From a virus, in IMG/VR virus record IMGVR_UViG_3300027779_002128, positions 11,632-75,631 of that record: a DNA stretch of 64,000 nt; one strand, 5' to 3'. The notes under the pieces are model-generated. The model worked only from the letters and a program-made list of their open reading frames with translations, did not search any database and was not told where the DNA came from. This document shows positions 18,459-30,500 of the stretch, in pieces (the stretch's first letter is position 1; every line of letters begins with the position of its first letter). Position numbers and translations under genes: made by a program.

Positions 18459-20793
18459 TAGCTGATGACTCCTGCTTTAACTTAGCCACCTCCGCCTGCA
18501 ATTCGTTAATTGCATTGATAAGTAAACCAATTGTGTTGCCATATGCAACACTAAGCATGCCATCTTCTTGTTCGTGAACTGCTTCAGGTAAAACTTTTTG
18601 TAAGTCTTGTGCAATTAATCCTGTGCCTCTAATACCGGTGTTTATTTTATCAAATGTAACACCTGTTAGTTCTGCACATTTTTCTAATGCGTTTTCAATT
18701 GGCATTACGTTTTCTTTTAGTCTACTATCAGAGAATGCTGTAATATCGTCAGACGCTAATATTGAACCGCCTGCTCCAAAAGTAACACTACCACTTGCGC
18801 CTGCAAACGATAATGAACCTGTGTAAGCAATATCGGATGCACCCATACTAATACCGCCACTTGAGACAATTGCCGCATTAAATGTTTTTTGTCCACCAAT
18901 TGATTGTGACCCTGCTTTTGTTACAAAGTCTGTTGTGTCTGGATCTGAAAGAGAGCCTGTGTTTGCTATTTGTCCACTAGCATTAATAGATATGCCTGAG
19001 CCTGCTGTAAACAAACCTCTAATGTCTGCTGGTGTTACTTCTATGCTATCTGCGTTTACAGTAATACCTGTGCCACCTATAACATTAAGTGTTCTACTTG
19101 CGTCAATAGTTCCGCCACCAGTTAAGCCTGTGCCAGCACTAATGCTTACGCTCGAATGATCTATATGTTCGTTTGCTACAAAGTTATTTAAACCATCATG
19201 ATCGATCTCTGAAGCGTCTGCTGTAATTTGTCCGCCTGCATCAATATCAACACCATTTGCACCTGAGAGCAAACCTCTAATGTCTGCGTCGCTAGGTCCT
19301 GTGTAAGTTATTGTACCGCCGGATTTAGAAAGACTGCCTAAGCCGCCTGCATCAACTACTGCAATTGCACCTGCTACTTGTCCTGATGATGAATATCTGT
19401 TTGTACTACCTTCTGTTAAATCGTCTGTAGTAAAACCACTTAAAGTAACAGCTATATCATCTGCATTAACAGTAATACCTGTGCCTGCGCCAATGTCTAT
19501 TGTAAATGTTGTTTCTGTTACACCGTTAACGACTGCTGTTGTATTAGCACTTACTGTTCCACCTCTTGCAAATATGTTTGAAATAGTACTTACAGGGTCT
19601 CTCCAAAATAACGCACCAGAACCATTTGTAAATAATTGCTGTCCGCTAGTTCCGTCTGCTGTTGGATATACCTGTGTACCAAGTTTAAATGCTGATGTAT
19701 CTAATGATGTAAAGTAGCCTGCTCCTGCTCTGGCTCCTGTTGTACCTAAGTTACCAGCACTAGAAAATGTTAATGCCCCACCGACGTTAACGTTTGTTGC
19801 ATACGCATTAGTAAATGGTGTTCCTAAACTACCTATTGCTGTTGTACCTGATGTAGATACAATGCTACCTGTTGTTAATGCTGATATGTGACCTTCTGCA
19901 TATTTTTTAGAGCTTGACCCTAAGTCAATAGTGTCCGTAGTTGCTGGTAGTAAGTCTGCACCACTGTGGAATACAGCACTTGCAGATACATTAGATGAAT
20001 CTGAACCATAACTACCAATATTTAACTTGTATGCGGCATCACTTCTAAGTGCTCTAGATGATGTGCCTATTGTTGATGTATTATCTGTTCTTAAATTAAT
20101 ACCTGGACTTATAGTTGATCCTATACCTCCAGTTTGTGTTAACTGTGAGTAATAATTTATCGATGCGCCTTCTGTTGTACTTGCGGCATCACCTGCTGTA
20201 AATTGAGTATGGCCACTAAACAACGCAACAATGTGTTCTTCAGAAGTATAAGTAGGTGTGCTACCTCCACTGTTTGTTAACATTATGGCAGTAACAGCTC
20301 TTGGCACTGACGCTGAATCTACTAAAAATATATTTCTTAATTTTGTTCCGTACCTTGATGGTGACGAAACTGCTGACACGCCTGAGAATGATGTATTTGT
20401 TTCTCCAGGTATGCCAACCATTTTATATCCTGTTCCATCATTGATATAAAATTTAGAATTTGTTTTATCGTAATATTGTGTTGCTGATGCATTTTCACCA
20501 GACGGTACACCAGATGCACTTACTAGCGGTGTTAGTGGAACCCATTGTCCGCCTACACTATCGTACACTCTTAAAACTTTTTTAGTAGAATCGTACCATA
20601 TTTGTCCGTTAGTTTGTTTTGTTGGAGCGGTCCCATGTGCAAAGTTATCTAATAAATCAACAAATGCATTAGCAATCGGCTGTCCGTAGTTAGCATAATT
20701 TCTACCTACTAACTGAATTGCAAAGTCGTCATTAAGAGCACCATCAGGAATGGTAATACTTGAGCCTGCTCTGTTATCTATAATATATGGCAC
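18445..20793 (-). CDS. Tail fibre protein with C-terminal peptidase S74 intramolecular chaperone
   Basis: AFSDSRLKENV..IENALEK..LTGVTF..GLIAQDLQKVLPEAV..LSVAYGN..LINAINEL; AGTGITV repeats; GTG start with GAGG SD. Confidence 0.85.
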   Translation of the reverse strand: MPYIIDNRAGSSITIPDGALNDDFAIQLVGRNYANYGQPIANAFVDLLDNFAHGTAPTKQTNGQIWYDSTKKVLRVYDSVGGQWVPLTPLVSASGVPSGENASATQYYDKTNSKFYINDGTGYKMVGIPGETNTSFSGVSAVSSPSRYGTKLRNIFLVDSASVPRAVTAIMLTNSGGSTPTYTSEEHIVALFSGHTQFTAGDAASTTEGASINYYSQLTQTGGIGSTISPGINLRTDNTSTIGTSSRALRSDAAYKLNIGSYGSDSSNVSASAVFHSGADLLPATTDTIDLGSSSKKYAEGHISALTTGSIVSTSGTTAIGSLGTPFTNAYATNVNVGGALTFSSAGNLGTTGARAGAGYFTSLDTSAFKLGTQVYPTADGTSGQQLFTNGSGALFWRDPVSTISNIFARGGTVSANTTAVVNGVTETTFTIDIGAGTGITVNADDIAVTLSGFTTDDLTEGSTNRYSSSGQVAGAIAVVDAGGLGSLSKSGGTITYTGPSDADIRGLLSGANGVDIDAGGQITADASEIDHDGLNNFVANEHIDHSSVSISAGTGLTGGGTIDASRTLNVIGGTGITVNADSIEVTPADIRGLFTAGSGISINASGQIANTGSLSDPDTTDFVTKAGSQSIGGQKTFNAAIVSSGGISMGASDIAYTGSLSFAGASGSVTFGAGGSILASDDITAFSDSRLKENVMPIENALEKCAELTGVTFDKINTGIRGTGLIAQDLQKVLPEAVHEQEDGMLSVAYGNTIGLLINAINELQAEVAKLKQESSANGNK

Positions 20794-20804
20794 AGTTTAT
20801 CCTC

Positions 20805-21470
20805 TTAACTTAATTGTATTCTAATTGTATAGATTACTTCTATAACTCTGTTTTTGCTTTTTTGTACTGGATGAAATATAACATGTGTAAGCATTGCACT
20901 GGTATCAATACTAGTAGACCATAAACCTGTTGGTGTCGTTGGCTTTGAAAATAATGCTAATTCATCGAATACATAGTTGCCTTCGTTTGACACACTACTA
21001 TCAAATGCATCTGCATCTGATGGTTCGCTGTATCCTAACGTACATGTAATTTTTAAATCTGTATAACTAACGCCATTGATAATATCAATTTTGTTTGTTG
21101 CTCTTTCACTAACTGGGTTTTCAGCATCAGTACTTACTGGTTTAGCAAATGTTCTACTATATAAATTAGCACCTGACTCGTAACCTTCTGTTACTCTAGG
21201 TGTTTTATATACAACTTTGCCTGCTGTATCAACACTAGTTGCACCGTTACCGAATGCCATGTAATGTATAAATGCATCATCGGCGTTTGTTAGTGCTTGG
21301 GCAACAATGTATGCCATGTTCCCATAGTGAATAGCGTTTCGTTTGTTTACTAGTTCTTGACCAGTTTCTTTATCACGAATTAAAATATGTCCGCTAACGT
21401 TTAAACCTAGATTGTCATCTGGCTTGTCTTGCGGCTTCTTTTCTGTTTCTTTTAGTTTATCGTTGCTCAT
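20805..21470 (-). CDS. Virion structural (baseplate-associated) protein; probable start ATG 21470
   Basis: NAIH..MAFGNG..FDELAL..LTHVIFHPVQKS.NR.IE..YTIRI; the promoter at 21476-21483 favours the ATG at 21470. Confidence 0.7.
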   Translation of the reverse strand: MSNDKLKETEKKPQDKPDDNLGLNVSGHILIRDKETGQELVNKRNAIHYGNMAYIVAQALTNADDAFIHYMAFGNGATSVDTAGKVVYKTPRVTEGYESGANLYSRTFAKPVSTDAENPVSERATNKIDIINGVSYTDLKITCTLGYSEPSDADAFDSSVSNEGNYVFDELALFSKPTTPTGLWSTSIDTSAMLTHVIFHPVQKSKNRVIEVIYTIRIQLS

Positions 21471-21475
21471 ACCTT

Positions 21476-21506
21476 TATTTATCACTTTATTAAAGCACCT
21501 TTTAAT
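21476..21506 (-). promoter_or_regulatory. Late promoter GATAAATA with upstream palindrome ATTAAA-N6-TTTAAT
   Basis: TATTTATC at 21476-21483; ATTAAA GCACCT TTTAAT at 21489-21506. Confidence 0.65.
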
Positions 21507-24500
21507 TTAAAGTTTATGTAAAAATTTCATAATACTTGTTGCGTTTGCCAAGTCGGCATTTCCTCTATCTGCTAAACTTAATGCTGACTGACCTGATATT
21601 GTTGCTGAGTCAAAGTCATCGGACCCATCTTGCCCAGCATACACAAAACTTCTTAGTGTTGCTGTTCCATTTTCAACAAACAATGTGTTGTCTAAAGTAT
21701 CTGCATAACTGGCAGTTATTGCCCAAACACTACTAGCATTTGCTGAAACTTTTACAACTTCAAATAAGGCTACGTTTGCGTTTGCAAATACTCTAATACC
21801 TTCTTGTAATGCAATGTTGGCAACACCTGTGCCTATTGCTGTTAATGTTGCTGTTGTACTTGTTACGTTTGTAATTGTTACACCTACGTCTGCTGTTGTA
21901 ATATTACCTGCCGCTATTTTATCCCATGCTCCAGATACAGTCCAGTCGTTATCAGTTGTATCGCCAGGTGTATTGTCTACTGCTTCGTCCCATGTACTTG
22001 GGCTACTGTATCTTGTTCCTGTATCAAGCCATACATTGCTAGATGGGTTTAAGTTATTAAAGTGCTCTGTTGCTTCTGCACTATATACTGGTTGCCCTAT
22101 TGGATGAGTTCCTGTAGATGTTCCAAACGCACCCCTAGTTAATGCACTTAATACTTTACCGTTTCTTCTGCCGTATTGTATTCTCTCTGGTCCAACCCAT
22201 ATACTGCCTGGGATAATCGAAGTTGGGTTTGGCAAGAATGATGCATTGTCAACAGTTATACTTGTTGATGAAATAGTCATTGCTTTTGTTATCTTTGTTG
22301 TTGCTGTACTACTTATACGCAAGAAGTCAACATCACCAAATAAACTGTGATGCATTCTGTATGTAACTTCTCTAGCACTTGGCGACACTTTTGTTGTTTC
22401 TCTTTCTTGTACAACTGTTAATGCTGTATCATAAGAGCCTGTTCCACCTACTGTAGTTGCGGCATCCCAACCGTTAGTTGAATCTACTGCAAAGAAGTTA
22501 TCAGAATCATCAGGGTCAACACCTGCTGTAGCAGTAACTATTGTATTGGTTAACTTATAATTAAAGTTCTGACCTCTAACGCTAACAACAGTTCCACTAG
22601 CAACATCATTCTTTAACATGCTGTTAACTGTAACTGTTGTTCCAGAAATACTTGCAACTTCGCCGACATCCTTGCCGGCTATTGTTATAATTTGTCCAAC
22701 CAATACATTTGATACACTTACAAACGGAAGTTTATTATCATTTACATAAACTGCAGAGCTTGTTGTCTCTGTTAATGTTTCAGTAAGTGCTAAATGTATT
22801 TCAGTATACCCTGCACCACCTGTTGAAACTGTTATTGCTGTTACTGTGCCTGCCGCATTTACACTTGCTGTTGCAACTGCTGTTGTTGTAGGTAAGTTAC
22901 CAAGTGCATCTGTAATAACTACTGTAGGTGTTTTGTATCCAATACCGCCTCTTGTAATTACAACGCTTGAATTATCTTCTTTTAAAGATGTGGTACTGTG
23001 GAAAAGTGTTGCATTAGCAACATCAAGTCCGTCAAATACACTAACATTGCCTGCGGCTCCTCTTGAGAAGTCCGAAGTAGTAACTGTGAAAATAACACTT
23101 TCTAAAGGATCAAGTAATGCAAGTTCTTCTGGTCTTTCCTCACCATACGCAACTCTCTGGAATGTTATTCCATCAAATCCATCATACGACTCGCCATTTT
23201 TTCTTAGTGTTACTGGGTTAGCATTTGAATCAAACACACCTTCGTAACTTACTATTTGTTTAGAGTTATCCCATTTAGTATCACCTATTCCGTATGTTGT
23301 AACAGGACCGTAGTTTGTTAAGTCTCTGCTATCAGTAAATACTGTATCGTCGTTGTCAGTGTTTTCATCAAACAAGTCCGAGTCAAATCCAAAGTCTGTT
23401 TGTATTGCACTCATATAATCTGCTTGATCAACTATGCTAGAGAACTTAGTAGCATCTAATGTTTCGCCTCTGAAGTTTCCGCCAACTTTATCTTTAATTA
23501 ATGCTAATGTGTTTTTAAGTTTTCCGTTAGTAACTAAGCCTGCCATAACAGTACCGTTGCCTACAATAGTTGTATTTCTTGCGGCTGTTACATCATTGTA
23601 GTGTGTATTAACTTCTGCAATAAACTGAGCCTGTACTTCTGCATCAAACTTAAATAATTTGTCTGCGGCTCTAACACTTGCATTTGCTGATACTTCTTGT
23701 TTTGTTTGTACTGACAAGTTAGCAATGTTATATCCAATGCTTGTTTGCAATGATACATTAGCAACGTCCCATGCTCGTTCAGTTAATTGATAGTTAGTCC
23801 TATCAAAACTAATTGTAGTATTTGCACGTCTAATTGGGTCACTAGTTGTATAACCATCTGCTGTTGCAGTAACATAATCAATGTACTGTCTTGAGTTAGA
23901 CATAATGTTTACATCTTGATCGACTCCTTCATCAAGTATTCTAACTGTTCCTGTTACTAAGTCAACAAATGGTGGTCTGTCATAATCACTAATATTATTT
24001 TGGCCTATTGAATCAATTGGAGTTGATTTGCCGTCTTTATATTCTCTAATTTTTGCACTGAATGGTTTAACTTCGTTCATGTAATCTAATACTTTCTGGA
24101 AGTTGTCTGCTTTAAATCCGTTCAATGTTATTAAGTCATTTTCTTCTTTGTTAATATATAAGTACGAAGTTTTAAATGCCCAGCTCAATTGTTTCTGTTC
24201 CATGTATGCATGTTTCATCATTTCAAAGAACAACTCATTCCAATGAACAGTACTAACAAATACATTATCTTTTAATGCTGTTAGTATAAGTCTTAGCTCA
24301 CTGCTTAATGTTGGATTAGTATTATCTGTGTAAACAGTTGTTGGTAGTTTCACTGTGTCATTAACTACACTTACTAGTTTAAACTTCTTAGTTGGTCCGT
24401 TGTACATCCACAGTTGGGAAGTATCATTTTGATTACTTTTAACTTGTACTACACCACCGTCTTTAACACTAGTAATACCTTTTAGTTCAGACACACTTGT

Positions 24501-27500
24501 TACATTAAAGATAGGCTTTAACGTATCAGTATATCTTATAGCTTCGTTAGTAACAGGGTCAGTTCTCTGTACATCAAACCAATCTGTAGTTGTTAAGTAT
24601 GCTCTTGCTGTTGGTAAACTTGCGTCCCAACCAGGGTTAACTGAGTTAGTTCTAATGTTTGAAAGTATTCTATTTAATACACTTACCATAACACGTCTAG
24701 CGGCCTTAACATCTTTAAACATTGTTTGTCTTGGTCTAAAGGCTATGCCGTATTTCTCAACGTCACTTAGTTTAGGATCTGGTACTGGTGATGCTTCAGC
24801 ATTCTCACCACATAAGCTATCAATAAGTTTATCTGTTAAGTGGTCTGGTACTGAGCTATCAGTGTCGCCTTCTCTCATTAATTTCCATGCAGTATGCGAG
24901 ATACCTTCTGGATTTAAGTTTCTACTTAGATTAATTTGTAAGTGTGATTCTTCTTCACGTATGTCTGAAATGTTATGCAACAACATGCTTTTATCACTAA
25001 CAAAACTTATCATGTCTAATCCATAACCTACTGGATCGGCAATATATTTTGCAATAGTTCTAATATCTAGTTGTCTATTTTCGTTACGCTTTGCTCGGTC
25101 GTCTAGTTCACGTCTATTAGTTACCCAATAGTAATAGTACATTGTGTATTCACCAGTCTTTGCATCTTGTCTTCTTTCAGTAACAAAACGATTGGACCAA
25201 CGTGGTTGTCCATCACCTGTCCAGTTAACAGGTTTGGCTTTACTTTCAACCCACTCACATACTGTAACTTGGCTTCCAGGGAAAGCAGAACCCCAATTGG
25301 CATTTCTTTCTTTGTCAGTTCCTTGCTCATACCAGTTGTATCTAATTGTACTAGTGTCCCACCAAACTTTACCTATATTGTTTTTGCCAAAGTTTGTTCT
25401 TGCATTATTATAACTTACAGGGTCATACTCACTTATGAATGATATTTCATTTGATATGAATCCAGGTAGTATACCTTTGAACGGATCCCAGAAGTCTAAG
25501 TCGTTTATTTTATTTCCTGTATCTGGGTCGTATACTAATGCATTGTTTATAAACTCTACATCAACTAACGGTGTTTGCCATCTAGTAGGAATACCATTTT
25601 CTAAGTATGCCCAACCGCCTTCAACAAAGTCAGCCATAGTGTAAACAGTATTAGTATAGTTTGTAACACCACTTGCGTTATCAATAATTGCTTGTTTTAA
25701 GTTTGAATAATTATCAACCCATGCTTTAGGTTCTTCCATTAATGTTGTTGTTGGACTTGTATTGCTAATAGTTGGTTCTAAATCAGCAATAACATTCCTC
25801 TTGTTAAACCGCTTACTTGCAAAGTAATTTACTGGAGCACTTTGTTTTGCTGTGCCGTTAAGTGTTACTTCGTTTCCAAAGATATCTGATATGTCGTAAG
25901 CAAACAATTCACTCATACGTGAACTTGAGCCATCACCAAATATACTGTTGTTATCGTTTAAGCCATATGGATCAACACCGTTAGGCATTAATTTATTAAA
26001 CATTCCTAGTTTACCTGTGCCGTAAGCATCTAACCTAGAAGGCGGAGATATAGGAGCAATTTTTTCTGCACATATTAATGTTAAAATTGCTGTGTTAGTA
26101 AACATACCATCTGCCGCTTCTGGATATCTTTCTTGTAATTGTTGTGTTGTTAATAATCCTAATTCATCGTTAGTATCATACAATTCTTGAATGTCTGCTA
26201 TTGCTTGCTCGTCTGTATATTCGGTTGCGCCACTGTCTGCTTCAAGTATAGCTGTAATACATAGCATGCCATTATTATAATCACCAATTGGTATACCTAG
26301 TTTTTCTAAGGTTCCTGGGGTTGGTGAATCTATGTTCCATCCAGGGAATGTATCAGATACAAACGTTACTTCACCTGAGTCACCGAATGGAGTATATTCT
26401 GATCTTGCTTCTGACGGTAGATACCCTGCACCATTTAATGCATTATTAAGAGCTCTTGACAATGAACGCGGTGCAAAAGTTTCGCTTACTGTGTCTGGCA
26501 AACCTAGTAAGTCTTTAGCATTTCCTCTTTCGGTACAGTTTGGAATTTCTTGTGCTGTTAAGAATACTCTAGCACCTTCTCCGCCTGCTTGTTCGTCTGG
26601 GTTATAGTAACCGTAGTTATATTTCTTAGGATCTCTTTCTATTACTTTTGTCTTAAGAATAAGTTTGCCTAAGTTGAATTGTTCTTTTGCCCAAAGTTGC
26701 GGGCTTTCAAGATAGGCGGCTTTACTTGCACTCCTTAAATCAACGCATACATACGTTGTTGGGTCGTATGCACCTGGAGTACCTGAGTATGGCTGGAAAT
26801 GTGCTCCATCCCATACAAATTCTGGATATTTTTCCCAGTCAGGGTGCTTAAAGCCTTTATCGTAACCTAGTGTATTAGTTAGTTCAATTATTAATGCATT
26901 CAGTTGTGCTATTTCAAGGTCGGTCAGTCCTTGGACCGTATTCTGTTTTGCAACAAGTCTGTCAAGTATTAATTTATCATTAACAGACAGATTTTCGCTA
27001 TTTCTGAGAGCTAGTTCCTTAGTAGAGCTAAATGGTGCGTACTGATATTCAGGATGATCCGGTCCGTATAATGTTAATTCAGGCTGGGTAGGGTCGCCGT
27101 AACCAAGTGTACGTGATGCATCGTAAGTCACTTGCTCTACTTGTTCAGCTAAAGTTTCTAATGATGTATTCTGTCTTAAGGCACCTTGTAATGCATAATC
27201 GTATTCTAGTGGAATACCCATTGTTAGGTCTGTTGGGAATTCTTTATATAAACCTCTGTCTATAATTCGTATGGCTGTAATAGCACCGGTTGTATTAACA
27301 TCTGTAACAATAAATTTAGCAACTCTTAAAGGCCCGTTGCCTCTTTTATCTTCCTTAGGATTACCGTTGGCGTCAAGAGTAACATTCTGTCCTACTGCTA
27401 TCGTAAGTTTAGCATCATTCTTAGGAGTAGTAGGATTAATTGTGTCAACTAATTTGCCGTTTGCGGTCAAATCTGCGTACCATGCCTTTCTACCTGTGAC

Positions 27501-30500
27501 TGTAATTTTAGCGCCTGCACCAAATAAGTTTGTTACAATGCCGCTTGATAAGAACGAAGCATCTTCAATTACAAATTTATTATCATATACACTTGCTTTA
27601 CCCTCAACAGTTTTAGGTATCCAATATAGTTTCTTCTGCGGACTAACAAAGTAAACAGTCATCTCGTCTGTTAATGTAACTGCTGTATCAAGTGTAACTG
27701 TTTTAGTTGCTACATTTACCGCAGTAACATAACCAAATATAGTCATTGTTCCGCCATTGTTCCAAGACATTACTTGTCCTGCTTTAACATACTGGTTACC
27801 ATTAACATCGTTAAGTGAATCAAGTACAAATGTTGTTGAACTTGATACTGCACCATTAACTGTTATATAGTAATCATTAAGTGTTGTGCCTGGGAAGTAT
27901 GATAATTGCACATAACTCTCTGCTCTAATATGGCTTGTATTACCAGGAGCAAGAGCAATCTCAACTCTCGGCATTGTTGAAGTTATTGCAGGGTCCTTGT
28001 ATGATACATCACCACTGGTTACATTCCATGTCTTTGATTCGCCTAATTGTACTTCACCTATAGCTCTTACATAGCGACTACTAATTTCAGTATCACCAGT
28101 GAGCTTACCGTTACCATCTGTAATTTGTATAATTTCGTTTATAGAAGCAACTGTGCCTGCTGTCAGTGTTACATTAGACGTCCATGCCGCATCTATTTCA
28201 ACTACAGTAGGTATTGGACTTGTATCTTTAATTGTAAGTGCTGGTGGGTTATCTATATCGTATCCTGCACCTTGGTTAATAACAATTACTTCAGCAATGC
28301 CGCCATTTTCGTCTAATTTAGTTACTGTTGCCGCTCCACCAACACCTGGTGTGCTAATGCTTTCGTTAAATATAACTGTTAAGTTTGCAGGGTTAGTGTA
28401 ACCGGAACCAGCTGATACTATACACACTTCGTCGCTTAATGGTGCTAGAACATTTGTTTCAGGTGTGCCACCAATTAATCTCAGTCTATCACCTACCATG
28501 TAATTACTACCGCCTGTACTTCTGTTCGTAGTCTCTAGCGGTATTCTTGCAGGTGTCTCATATACGTCTGCGTTATTTGATCCTGGTCTTCTATAAAATT
28601 TCTCAAGACTGCCATCTGCTAGTCTTCTATAATCGTTAACAGTTATAGGACCTGCAACAGATCCACCACCACCACCACCAACTGATACTGATGCGTTACC
28701 CTCGCCACCTTTGGTTAACTCTTTAGTTGGTGATATAAATGGTGCAACAAATGTTTCGCTTACTGTAGTTGATTGATCAAAACCTCTGTTAATATGGAAG
28801 TCGCCAACTTGTTTAAATGTTCCGCCGCCACATCCGTTTGCAATTGTAAATGGTAAACTGGTACAACTTATTAATGCTAGTGTGTTAGTAGCATCGTCGA
28901 TTTCAGCAGTAATACCCATATTAGCACAATTAACTTGTGTTTTAATATCTATGCCTGTTGATCCTCTCTTAACAATTCTTCTGCCGTTAATTAGAAGTTC
29001 GGTGCCATCTGCAATGCCAATAAGATCATTAAGGTCTATATCAGTTTCTGGTGTTGGCTTTCTTAAATATGCTTGAGCAGTAGGGCCGCCATTGTAGTAG
29101 TTGCCGTTATTATCTATTGCTCTCGGTGTGATGTTAATAATAGGCATAGAATTGTATATTATATTATCTACATCTGCTAATGCTAGTTCTTGTCGTTGCG
29201 TTTTAAGATACGTTTCAACATCTGACCCTGTAGGATTCCCGCCAGCAGTTTCGTCTGTTGATGTGTTTGTACCGGGCTCATCAAATGACGGCCCAGTATA
29301 CTCAGTAGTATCATTTGCACTATCGTTTTTCCACTGGTTGCCAGCTTCAGTACTTGTAATATTATTTACAGTAGTACCACCTAGTGATACAGTACTTCCT
29401 ATTTTCCTAGGTGCATACTTAACATATTTTGTTGTCTTGTTTAAATCGTTACTGTTTTCTAAGTTTTTGCCCCACGGTTCGTCGGATGCTTCAGACGATT
29501 TTAATACATACGGAGTTCGACTTACTGTTGTTAACTTTTTAGCAAAAGGTATTATTAGTCCGCCACTTACTCGTTGGGCTTGTCCACTTACTACTGTGTC
29601 TGCATCTAACTCACTTGAAGTGAATGCATAATTTTGTGGATCTAATACTTTTGCTTTTACTGGCAACTTAGCACTATATGGTAAGAAGTTAAATCCTGTT
29701 AAATGTTGTTGTCCTGGAGTTGTACTATTACCGACGCCTAAGCCTATACCACTTAAATCGATATATGGTATCCAAATTCTCTCACCATTTGGCAAAGTAA
29801 CCCACTCGCCGTCGAGCTGGAATTTGGACCAATTTACATAGCCTGGTGCAACACCTGGCGTATCTATGCCGCCACCGTTAGCCGTAATATCTGGACAATT
29901 TTCTCCTGACGGACATACACCTATATCAGACCAAAGGGTTAGTTGGCAAGAAGACCAGTTTGATGTATTGCCAACTGCACAATTTTGTACGTCAGCTAAA
30001 GCCTCATAGCGTCTTGCTTGAGAGTCTGTAGCAAAGGCGGCATATTTGTTAACCCAGGTACTGTTACCTGAAGTAGTATCTGCGTTGCCTGTTGTTGCAG
30101 GAGTTTCAACAGCACACGATCTTCCTGTGAATGTAAATCTTCCTTGTTTAACACCAACTGAGTGACTTTGGGTTGATTCACCCGCCTGTGTTTCTTCACT
30201 TGTAATTGTAAAGTTTGATACTCCTGTAGTACAAGTCCATGTCATATCAAAGTATCCAGGCCCTTTGTTATTACCTGCTATCATTCGTACGAAGTAGTAC
30301 TTGCCTGCTTCCATGTCAACATATCTATCACCAGGTTTGTTAGACTGATTATTATCGTCAGTTGTCATCCACCCAGTTCTTAATAGACAGTTATCTCTGT
30401 GATAGTTATACTTGTCAGATTTATCAAACCCATCTCCTTTAAAGTATTCATGTCTAGTATCAGCCCCTACGCCTGCTAAGTCGTCAACTCCCATTCTAAC

